DNA of 64,000 bases from Lepidodermella squamata (Eukaryota > Animalia > Gastrotricha). The notes under the pieces were generated by a model. The model was not told the DNA's origin. It saw only the letters and a program-made list of their open reading frames with translations, and ran no database searches. The position numbers and the translations under genes were made by a program. The number at the start of each line of letters is the position of its first letter. Position 1 is the first letter of the stretch. Below, piece by piece: positions 1 to 12,000 of this stretch. Location of the stretch: NCBI GenBank assembly GCA_047495785.1, contig JBLDXI010000063.1, positions 366,752-430,751 on the forward strand. Direction: 5' to 3'.

Positions 1-3000
1 GTGGCAGCAATTGCAAACGCAATAGCACCCGATTGAGGCACATCGCTGTTGACGCGGTATTCGTAGCGAGCCTGAGCGGGCTAACATGGCTGTTTTCAGC
101 CGTCACACGTACTGCCGGTATTCGGCATCATGCCCACTCGTGGCGAATCAACGCCATCCGTGCATCATTCGATCGTGGCAGCAATTGCAAACGAAATAGC
201 ACCCGATTGAGGCACATCGCTGTTGACGCGGTATTCGCAGCAAGCCTGAGCGGGCTGACATGGTTGTTTTCAGCCGTCACACGTACTGCCGGTATTCGGC
301 ATCATGCCCACTCGTGGCAAATCAACGCAATCCGTACATCATTCGATCGTGGCAGCAATTGCAAACGAAATAGCACCCGATTGAGGCACATCGCTGTCGA
401 CGCGGTATTCGCAGCAAGCCTGAGCGGGCTAACATGGCTGTTTTCAGCCGTCACACGTACTGCCGGTATTCGGCATCATGCCCACTCGTGGCAAATCAAC
501 GCAATCCGTACATCATTCGATCGTGGCAGCAATTGCAAACGAAATAGCACCCGATTGAGGCACATCGCTGTCGACGCGGTATGGCGTATGGCGTAGCGGC
601 ATGGCGTAGCGAGCCTGAGCGGGCTAACATGGCTATTTTCAGCCGTCACACGTACTGCCAGTATTCGGCATCATGCCCACTCGTGGCGAATCAACGCCAT
701 CCGTGCATCATTCGATCGTGGCAGCAATTGCAAACGAAATAGCACCCGATTGAGGCACATCGCTGTTGACGCGGTATTCGCAGCAAGCCTGAGCGGGCTA
801 ACATGGCTGTTTTCAGCTGTTTCACGTACTGCCGGTATTCGGCATCATCCCACTCGTGGCGAATCAACGCAATCCGTACATCATTCGATCGTGGCAGCAA
901 TTGCAAACGAAATAGCACCCGATTGAGGCACATCGCTGTCGACGCGGTATTCGCAGCAAGCCTGAGCGGGCTAACATGGCTGTTTTCAGCCGTCACACGT
1001 ACTGCCGGTATTCGGCATCATGCCCAGTCGTGGCAAATCAACGCAATCCGTACATCATTCGATCGTGGCAGCAATTGCAAACGAAATAGCACCCGATTGA
1101 GGCACATCGCTGTCGACGCGGTATGGCGTATGGCGTAGCGGCATGGCGTAGCGAGCCTGAGCGGGCTAACATGGCTGTTTTTTACCGTTTCACGTACTGC
1201 CAGTATTCGGCATCAGCCCACTCGTGGCAAATCAACGCCATCCGTGCATCATTCGATCGTGGCAGCAATTGCAAACGCAATGGCAGCCGATGGAGGTACA
1301 TCGCTGTTGACGCGGTATTCGCAGCGAGCCTGAGCGTGCTGACATGGTTGTTTTCAGCCGTTTAAAGTACTGCCGGTATTCGGCATCATGCCCACTCGTG
1401 GCGAATCAACGCCATCCGTGCATCATTCGATCGTGGCAGCAATTGCAAACGAAATAGCACCCGATTGAGGCACATCGCTGTCGACGCGGTATGGCGTATG
1501 GCGTAGCGGCATGGCGTAGCGAGCCTGAGCGGGCTAACATGGCTGTTTTTTTACCGTTTCACGTACTGCCAGTATTCGGCATCAGCCCACTCGTGGCAAA
1601 TCAACGCCATCCGTGCATCATTAGATCGTGGCAGCAATTGCAAACGCAATGGCAGCCGATGGAGGTACATCGCTGTTGACGCGGTATTCGCAGCGAGCCT
1701 GAGCGTGCTGACATGGTTGTTTTCAGCCGTTTAAAGTACTGCCGGTATTCGGCATCATGCCCACTCGTGGCGAATCAACGCCATCCGTGCATCATTCGAT
1801 CGTGGCAGCAATTGCAAACGAAATAGCACCCGATTGAGGCACATCGCTGTTGACGCGGTATTCGCAGCAAGCCTGAGCGGGCTAACATGGCTGTTTTCAG
1901 CCGTCGCACGTACTGCCGGTATTCGGCATCATCCCACTCATGGCGAATCTACGCCATCCGTGCATCATTCGATCGTGGCAGCAATTGCAAACGCAATGGC
2001 AGCCGATTGAGGCACATCGCTGTCGACGCGGTATTCGTAGCGAGCCTGAGCGGGCTAACATGGCTGTTTTCAGCCGTTTCACGTACTGCCGGTATTCGGC
2101 ATCATCCCACTCGTGGCGAATCAACGCCATCCGTGCATCATTCGATCGTGGCAGCAATTGCAAACGCAATAGCACCCGATTGAGGCACATCGCTGTTGAC
2201 GCGGTATTCGTAGCGAGCCTGAGCGGGCTAACATGGCTGTTTTCAGCCGTCACACGTACTGCCGGTATTCGGCATCATGCCCACTCGTGGCGAATCAACG
2301 CCATCCGTGCATCATTCGATCGTGCAGCAATTGCAAACGCAATGGCAGCCGATTGAGGCACATCGCTGTTGACGCGGTATTCGCAGCAAGCCTGACCGGG
2401 CTAACATGGCTGTTTTCAGCCGTCGCACGTACTGCCGGTATTCGGCATCATCCCACTCATGGCGAATCTACGCCATCCGTGCATCATTCGATCGTGGCAG
2501 CAATTGCAAACGCAATGGCAGCCGATTGAGGCACATCGCTGTCGACGCGGTATTCGTAGCGAGCCTGAGCGGGCTAACATTGCTGTTTTCAGCCGTTTCA
2601 CGTACTGCCGGTATTCGGCATCATCCCACTCGTGGCGAATCAACGCCATCCGTGCATCATTCGATCGTGGCAGCAATTGCAAACGCAATAGCACCCGATT
2701 GAGGCACATCGCTGTTGACGCGGTATTCGTAGCGAGCCTGAGCGGGCTAACATGGCTGTTTTCAGCCGTCACACGTACTGCCGGTATTCGGCATCATGCC
2801 CACTCGTGGCGAATCAACGCCATCCGTGCATCATTCGATCGTGGCAGCAATTGCAAACGCAATGGCAGCCGATTGAGGCACATCGCTGTTGACGCGGTAT
2901 TCGCAGCAAGCCTGAGCGGGCTAACATGGCTGTTTTCAGCCGTCACACGTACTGCCGGTATTCGGCATCATGCCCACTCGTGGCAAATCAACGCAATCCG

Positions 3001-6000
3001 TACATCATTCGATCGTGGCAGCAATTGCAAACGCAATAGCACCCGATTGAGGCACATCGCTGTTGACGCGGTATTCGCAGCAAGCCTGAGCGGGCTAACA
3101 TGGCTGTTTTCAGCTGTTTCACGTACTGCCGGTATTCGGCATCATCCCACTCGTGGCGAATCAACGCAATCCGTACATCATTCGATCGTGGCAGCAATTG
3201 CAAACGAAATAGCACCCGATTGAGGCACATCGCTGTCGACGCGGTATGGCGTATGGCGTAGCGGCATGGCGTAGCGAGCCTGAGCGGGCTAACATGGCTG
3301 TTTTCAGCCGTTTAAAGTACTGCCGGTATTCGGCATCATGCACACTCGTGGCGAATCAACGCCATCCGTGCATCATTCGATCGTGGCAGCAATTGCAAAC
3401 GCAATAGCACCCGATTGAGGCACATCGCTGTTGACGCGGTATTCGCAGCAAGCCTGAGCGGGCTAACATGGCTGTTTTCAGCTGTTTCACGTACTGCCGG
3501 TATTCGGCATCATCCCACTCGTGGCGAATCAACGCCATCCGTGCATCATTCGATCGTGCAGCAATTGCAAACGCAATAGCACCCGATTGAGGCACATCGC
3601 TGTTGACGCGGTATTCGTAGCGAGCCTGAGCGGGCTAACATGGCTGTTTTCAGCCGTCGCACGTACTGCCGGTATTCGGCATCATGCACACTCGTGGCGA
3701 ATCAACGCCATCCGTGCATCATTCGATCGTGGCAGCAATTGCAAACGAAATAGCACCCGATTGAGGCACATCGCTGTCGACGCGGTATTCGCAGCAAGCC
3801 TGAGCGGGCTAACATGGCTGTTTTCAGCCGTCACACGTACTGCCGGTATTCGGCATCATCCCACTCATGGCGAATCTACGCCATCCGTGCATCATTCGAT
3901 CGTGGCAGCAATTGCTAACGCAATAGCACCCGATTGAGGCACATCGCTGTCGACGCGGTATTCGCAGCAAGCCTGAGCGGGCTAACATGGCTGTTTTCAG
4001 CCGTCGCACGTACTGCCGGTATTCGGCATCATGCACACTCGTGGCGAATCAACGCCATCCGTGCATCATTCGATCGTGGCAGCAATTGCAAACGAAATAG
4101 CACCCGATTGAGGCACATCGCTGTTGACGCGGTATTCGTAGCGAGCCTGAGCGGGCTAACATGGCTGTTTTCAGCCGTCACACGTACTGCCGGTATTCGG
4201 CATCATGCCCACTCGTGGCGAATCAACGCCATCCGTGCATCATTCGATCGTGGCAGCAATTGCAAACGAAATAGCACCCGATTGAGGCACATCGCTGTTG
4301 ACGCGGTATTCGCAGCAAGCCTGAGCGGGCTGACATGGTTGTTTTCAGCCGTCACACGTACTGCCGGTATTCGGCATCATGCCCACTCGTGGCAAATCAA
4401 CGCAATCCGTACATCATTCGATCGTGGCAGCAATTGCAAACGAAATAGCACCCGATTGAGGCACATCGCTGTCGACGCGGTATTCGCAGCAAGCCTGAGC
4501 GGGCTAACATGGCTGTTTTCAGCCGTCGCACGTACTGCCGGTATTCGGCATCATGCCCACTCGTGGCAAATCAACGCAATCCGTACATCATTCGATTGTG
4601 GCAGCAATTGCAAACGAAATAGCACCCGATTGAGGCACATCGCTGTCGACGCGGTATGGCGTATGGCGTAGCGGCATGGCGTAGCGAGCCTGAGCGGGCT
4701 AACATGGCTATTTTCAGCCGTCACACGTACTGCCAGTATTCGGCATCATGCCCACTCGTGGCGAATCAACGCCATCCGTGCATCATTCGATCGTGGCAGC
4801 AATTGCAAACGAAATAGCACCCGATTGAGGCACATCGCTGTTGACGCGGTATTCGCAGCAAGCCTGAGCGGGCTAACATGGCTGTTTTCAGCTGTTTCAC
4901 GTACTGCCGGTATTCGGCATCATCCCACTCGTGGCGAATCAACGCAATCCGTACATCATTCGATCGTGGCAGCAATTGCAAACGAAATAGCACCCGATTG
5001 AGGCACATCGCTGTCGACGCGGTATTCGCAGCAAAGCCTGAGCGGGCTAACATGGCTGTTTTCAGCCGTCGCACGTACTGCCGGTATTCGGCATCATCCC
5101 ACTCATGGCGAATCTACGCCATCCGTGCATCATTCGATCGTGGCAGCAATTGCAAACGCAATGGCAGCCGATTGAGGCACATCGCTGTCGACGCGGTATT
5201 CGTAGCGAGCCTGAGCGGGCTAACATGGCTGTTTTCAGCCGGTTTCACGTACTGCCGGTATTCGGCATCATCCCACTCGTGGCGAATCAACGCCATCCGT
5301 GCATCATTCGATCGTGGCAGCAATTGCAAACGCAATAGCACCCGATTGAGGCACATCGCTGTTGACGCGGTATTCGTAGCGAGCCTGAGCGGGCTAACAT
5401 GGCTGTTTTCAGCCGTCACACGTACTGCCGGTATTCGGCATCATGCCCACTCGTGGCGAATCAACGCCATCCGTGCATCATTCGATCGTGGCAGCAATTG
5501 CAAACGCAATGGCAGCCGATTGAGGCACATCGCTGTTGACGCGGTATTCGCAGCAAGCCTGAGCGGGCTAACATGGCTGTTTTCAGCCGTCACACGTACT
5601 GCCGGTATTCGGCATCATGCTCACTCGTGGCAAATCAACGCAATCCGTACATCATTCGATCGTGGCAGCAATTGCAAACGAAATAGCACCCGATTGAGGC
5701 ACATCGCTGTCGACGCGGTATGGCGTATGGCGTAGCGGCATGGCGTAGCGAGCCTGAGCGGGCTAACATGGCTGTTTTCAGCCGTTTAAAGTACTGCCGG
5801 TATTCGGCATCATGCCCACTCGTGGCGAATCAACGCCATCCGTGCATCATTCGATCGTGGCAGCAATTGCAAACGCAATAGCACCCGATTGAGGCACATC
5901 GCTGTTGACGCGGTATTCGTAGCGAGCCTGAGCGGGCTAACATGGCTGTTTTCAGCCGTCACACGTACTGCCGGTATTCGGCATCATGCCCACTCGTGGC

Positions 6001-9000
6001 GAATCAACGCCATCCGTGCATCATTCGATCGTGGCAGCAATTGCAAACGCAATGGCAGCCGATTGAGGCACATCGCTGTTGACGCGGTATTCGCAGCAAG
6101 CCTGAGCGGGCTAACATGGCTGTTTTCAGCCGTCACACGTACTGCCGGTATTCGGCATCATGCTCACTCGTGGCAAATCAACGCAATCCGTACATCATTC
6201 GATCGTGGCAGCAATTGCAAACGAAATAGCACCCGATTGAGGCACATCGCTGTCGACGCGGTATGGCGTATGGGCGTAGCGGCATGGCGTAGCGAGCCTG
6301 AGCGGGCTAACATGGGCTGTTTTCAGCCGTTTAAAGTACTGCCGGTATTCGGCATCATGCCCACTCGTGGCGAATCAACGCCATCCGTGCATCATTCGAT
6401 CGTGGCAGCAATTGCAAACGCAATAGCACCCGATTGAGGCACATCGCTGTTGACGCGGTATTCGCAGCAAGCCTGAGCGGGCTAACATGGCTGTTTTCAG
6501 CCGTCACACGTACTGCCGGTATTCGGCATCATCCACTCATGGCGAATCTACGCCATCCGTGCATCATTCGATCGTGGCAGCAATTGCAAACGAAATAGCA
6601 CCCGATTGAGGCACATCGCTGTTGACGCGGTATTCGTAGCGAGCTGAGCGGGCTAACATGGCTGTTTTCAGCCGTCACACGTACTGCCGGTATTCGGCAT
6701 CATGCCCACTCGTGGCGAATCAACGCCATCCGTGCATCATTCGATCGTGGCAGCAATTGCAAACGAAATAGCACCCGATTGAGGCACATCGCTGTTGACG
6801 CGGTATTCGCAGCAAGCCTGAGCGGGCTGACATGGTTGTTTTCAGCCGTCACACGTACTGCCGGTATTCGGCATCATGCCCACTCGTGGCAAATCAACGC
6901 AATCCGTACATCATTCGATCGTGGCAGCAATTGCAAACGAAATAGCACCCGATTGAGGCACATCGCTGTCGACGCGGTATTCGCAGCAAGCCTGAGCGGG
7001 CTAACATGGCTGTTTTCAGCCGTCACACGTACTGCCGGTATTCGGCATCATGCCCACTCGTGGCAAATCAACGCAATCCGTACATCATTCGATTGTGGCA
7101 GCAATTGCAAACGAAATAGCACCCGATTGAGGCACATCGCTGTCGACGCGGTATGGCGTATGGCGTAGCGGCATGGCGTAGCGAGCCTGAGCGGGCTAAC
7201 ATGGCTATTTTCAGCCGTCACACGTACTGCCAGTATTCGGCATCATGCCCACTCGTGGCGAATCAACGCCATCCGTGCATCATTCGATCGTGGCAGCAAT
7301 TGCAAACGAAATAGCACCCGATTGAGGCACATCGCTGTTGACGCGGTATTCGCAGCAAGCCTGAGCGGGCTAACATGGCTGTTTTCAGCTGTTTCACGTA
7401 CTGCCGGTATTCGGCATCATCCCACTCGTGGCGAATCAACGCAATCCGTACATCATTCGATCGTGGCAGCAATTGCAAACGAAATAGCACCCGATTGAGG
7501 CACATCGCTGTTGACGCGGTATTCGTAGCGAGCCTGAGCGGGCTAACATGGCTGTTTTCAGCCGTCGCACGTACTGCCGGTATTCGGCATCATCCCACTC
7601 ATGGCGAATCTACGCCATCCGTGCATCATTCGATCGTGGCAGCAATTGCAAACGCAATGGCAGCCGATTGAGGCACATCGCTGTCGACGCGGTATTCGTA
7701 GCGAGCCTGAGCGGGCTAACATGGCTGTTTTCAGCCGTTTCACGTACTGCCGGTATTCGGCATCATCCCACTCGTGGCGAATCAACGCCATCCGTGCATC
7801 ATTCGATCGTGGCAGCAATTGCAAACGCAATAGCACCCGATTGAGGCACATCGCTGTTGACGCGGTATTCGTAGCGAGCCTGAGCGGGCTAACATGGCTG
7901 TTTTCAGCCGTCACACGTACTGCCGGTATTCGGCATCATGCCCACTCGTGGCGAATCAACGCCATCCGTGCATCATTCGATCGTGGCAGCAATTGCAAAC
8001 GCAATGGCAGCCGATTGAGGCACATCGCTGTTGACGCGGTATTCGCAGCAAGCCTGAGCGGGCTAACATGGCTGTTTTCAGCCGTCACACGTACTGCCGG
8101 TATTCGGCATCATGCTCACTCGTGGCAAATCAACGCAATCCGTACATCATTCGATCGTGGCAGCAATTGCAAACGAAATAGCACCCGATTGAGGCACATC
8201 GCTGTCGACGCGGTATGGCGTATGGCGTAGCGGCATGGCGTAGCGAGCCTGAGCGGGCTAACATGGCTGTTTTTTACCGTTTCACGTACTGCCAGTATTC
8301 GGCATCAGCCCACTCGTGGCAAATCAACGCCATCCGTGCATCATTCGATCGTGGCAGCAATTGCAAACGCAATGGCAGCCGATGGAGGTACATCGCTGTT
8401 GACGCGGTATTCGCAGCGAGCCTGAGCGGGCTGACATGGTTGTTTTCAGCCGTTTAAAGTACTGCCGGTATTCGGCATCATGCCCACTCGTGGCGAATCA
8501 ACGCCATCCGTGCATCATTCGATCGTGGCAGCAATTGCAAACGAAATAGCACCCGATTGAGGCACATCGCTGTTGACGCGGTATTCGCAGCAAGCCTGAG
8601 CGGGCTAACATGGCTGTTTTCAGCCGTCGCACGTACTGCCGGTATTCGGCATCATCCCACTCATGGCGAATCTACGCCATCCGTGCATCATTCGATCGTG
8701 GCAGCAATTGCAAACGCAATGGCAGCCGATTGAGGCACATCGCTGTCGACGCGGTATTCGTAGCGAGCCTGAGCGGGCTAACATGGCTGTTTTCAGCCGT
8801 TTCACGTACTGCCGGTATTCGGCATCATCCCACTCGTGGCGAATCAACGCAATCCGTACATCATTCGATCGTGGCAGCAATTGCAAACGAAATAGCACCC
8901 GATTGAGGCACATCGCTGTCGACGCGGTATTCGCAGCAAGCCTGAGCGGGCTAACATGGCTGTTTTCAGCCGTCGCACGTACTGCCGGTATTCGGCATCA

Positions 9001-12000
9001 TCCCACTCATGGCGAATCTACGCCATCCGTGCATCATTCGATCGTGGCAGCAATTGCAAACGCAATGGCAGCCGATTGAGGCACATCGCTGTCGACGCGG
9101 TATTCGTAGCGAGCCTGAGCGGGCTAACATGGCTGTTTTCAGCCGTTTCACGTACTGCCGGTATTCGGCATCATCCCACTCGTGGCGAATCAACGCCATC
9201 CGTGCATCATTCGATCGTGGCAGCAATTGCAAACGCAATAGCACCCGATTGAGGCACATCGCTGTTGACGCGGTATTCGTAGCGAGCCTGAGCGGGCTAA
9301 CATGGCTGTTTTCAGCCGTCACACGTACTGCCGGTATTCGGCATCATGCCCACTCGTGGCGAATCAACGCCATCCGTGCATCATTCGATCGTGGCAGCAA
9401 TTGCAAACGCAATGGCAGCCGATTGAGGCACATCGCTGTTGACGCGGTATTCGCAGCAAGCCTGAGCGGGCTAACATGGCTGTTTTCAGCCGTCACACGT
9501 ACTGCCGGTATTCGGCATCATGCTCACTCGTGGCAAATCAACGCAATCCGTACATCATTCGATCGTGGCAGCAATTGCAAACGAAATAGCACCCGATTGA
9601 GGCACATCGCTGTCGACGCGGTATGGCGTATGGCGTAGCGGCATGGCGTAGCGAGCCTGAGCGGGCTAACATGGCTGTTTTTTACCGTTTCACGTACTGC
9701 CAGTATTCGGCATCAGCCCACTCGTGGCAAATCAACGCCATCCGTGCATCATTCGATCGTGGCAGCAATTGCAAACGCAATGGCAGCCGATGGAGGTACA
9801 TCGCTGTTGACGCGGTATTCGCAGCGAGCCTGAGCGTGCTGACATGGTTGTTTTCAGCCGTTTAAAGTACTGCCGGTATTCGGCATCATGCCCACTCGTG
9901 GCGAATCAACGCCATCCGTGCATCATTCGATCGTGGCAGCAATTGCAAACGAAATAGCACCCGATTGAGGCACATCGCTGTTGACGCGGTATTCGCAGCA
10001 AGCCTGAGCGGGCTAACATGGCTGTTTTCAGCCGTCGCACGTACTGCCGGTATTCGGCATCATCCCACTCATGGCGAATCTACGCCATCCGTGCATCATT
10101 CGATCGTGGCAGCAATTGCAAACGCAATGGCAGCCGATTGAGGCACATCGCTGTCGACGCGGTATTCGTAGCGAGCCTGAGCGGGCTAACATGGCTGTTT
10201 TCAGCCGTTTCACGTACTGCCGGTATTCGGCATCATCCCACTCGTGGCGAATCAACGCCATCCGTGCATCATTCGATCGTGGCAGCAATTGCAAACGCAA
10301 TAGCACCCGATTGAGGCACATCGCTGTTGACGCGGTATTCGTAGCGAGCCTGAGCGGGCTAACATGGCTGTTTTCAGCCGTCACACGTACTGCCGGTATT
10401 CGGCATCATGCCCACTCGTGGCGAATCAACGCCATCCGTGCATCATTCGATCGTGGCAGCAATTGCAAACGCAATGGCAGCCGATTGAGGCACATCGCTG
10501 TTGACGCGGTATTCGCAGCAAGCCTGAGCGGGCTAACATGGCTGTTTTCAGCCGTCACACGTACTGCCGGTATTCGGCATCATGCTCACTCGTGGCAAAT
10601 CAACGCAATCCGTACATCATTCGATCGTGGCAGCAATTGCAAACGAAATAGCACCCGATTGAGGCACATCGCTGTTGACGCGGTATTCCCAGCGAGCCTG
10701 AGCGGGCTAACATGGCTGTTTTCAGCCGTCACACGTACTGCCAGTATTCGGCATCATGCCCACTCGTGGCGAATCAACGCCATCCGTGCATCATTCGATC
10801 GTGGCAGCAATTGCAAACGAAATAGCACCCGATTGAGGCACATCGCTGTTGACGCGGTATTCGCAGCAAGCCTGAGCGGGCTAACATGGCTGTTTTCAGC
10901 CGTTTCACGTAATGCCGGTATTCGGCATCATCCCACTCGTGGCGAATCAACGCAATCCGTACATCATTCGATCGTGGCAGCAATTGCAAACGAAATAGCA
11001 CCCGATTGAGGCACATCGCTGTCGACGCGGTATTCGCAGCAAGCCTGATCGGGCTAACATGGCTGTTTTCAGCCGTCACACGTACTGCCGGTATTCGGCA
11101 TCATGCCCACTCGTGGCAAATCAACGCAATCCGTACATCATTCGATCGTGGCAGCAATTGCAAACGAAATAGCACCCGATTGAGGCACATCGCTGTCGAC
11201 GCGGTATGGCGTATGGCGTAGCGGCATGGCGTAGCGAGCCTGAGCGGGCTAACATGGCTGTTTTTTACCGTTTCACGTACTGCCAGTATTCGGCATCAGC
11301 CCACTCGTGGCAAATCAACGCCATCCGTGCATCATTCGATCGTGGCAGCAATTGCAAACGCAATGGCAGCCGATGGAGGTACATCGCTGTTGACGCGGTA
11401 TTCGCAGCGAGCCTGAGCGTGCTGACATGGTTGTTTTCAGCCGTTTAAAGTACTGCCGGTATTCGGCATCATGCCCACTCGTGGCGAATCAACGCCATCC
11501 GTGCATCATTCGATCGTGGCAGCAATTGCAAACGAAATAGCACCCGATTGAGGCACATCGCTGTCGACGCGGTATTCGCAGCGAGCCTGAGCGGGCTGAC
11601 ATGGCTGTTTTCAGCCGTCGCACGTACTGCCGGTATTCGGCATCATGCCCACTCGTGGCAAATCAACGCAATCCGTACATCATTCGATCGTGGCAGCAAT
11701 TGCAAACGAAATAGCACCCGATTGAGGCACATCGCTGTCGACGCGGTATGGCGTATGGCGTAGCGGCATGGCGTAGCGAGCCTGAGCGGGCTAACATGGC
11801 TGTTTTTTACCGTTTCACGTACTGCCAGTATTCGGCATCAGCCCACTCGTGGCAAATCAACGCCATCCGTGCATCATTCGATCGTGGCAGCAATTGCAAA
11901 CGCAATGGCAGCCGATGGAGGTACATCGCTGTTGACGCGGTATTCGCAGCGAGCCTGAGCGTGCTGACATGGTTGTTTTCAGCCGTTTAAAGTACTGCCG

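Noticed and set aside
88-127. Intrinsic terminators or REP-like elements from the short hairpins
   Set aside because: Stems are only ~5 bp, the T-run is in the loop rather than after the stem, and there is no gene context.
1-174. Identification as primate alpha satellite, Arabidopsis CEN178 or trypanosome 177/195-bp satellites
   Set aside because: Only the length is similar. I see no CENP-B box or recognisable sequence similarity, and most of those families are AT-rich. A database search is needed.
140-176. tRNA/SINE-like Pol III A and B boxes (TGGCGAATC ... ATTCGATC)
   Set aside because: Only partial resemblance: the B box lacks GGTTCGANNCC and there is no cloverleaf or acceptor stem.
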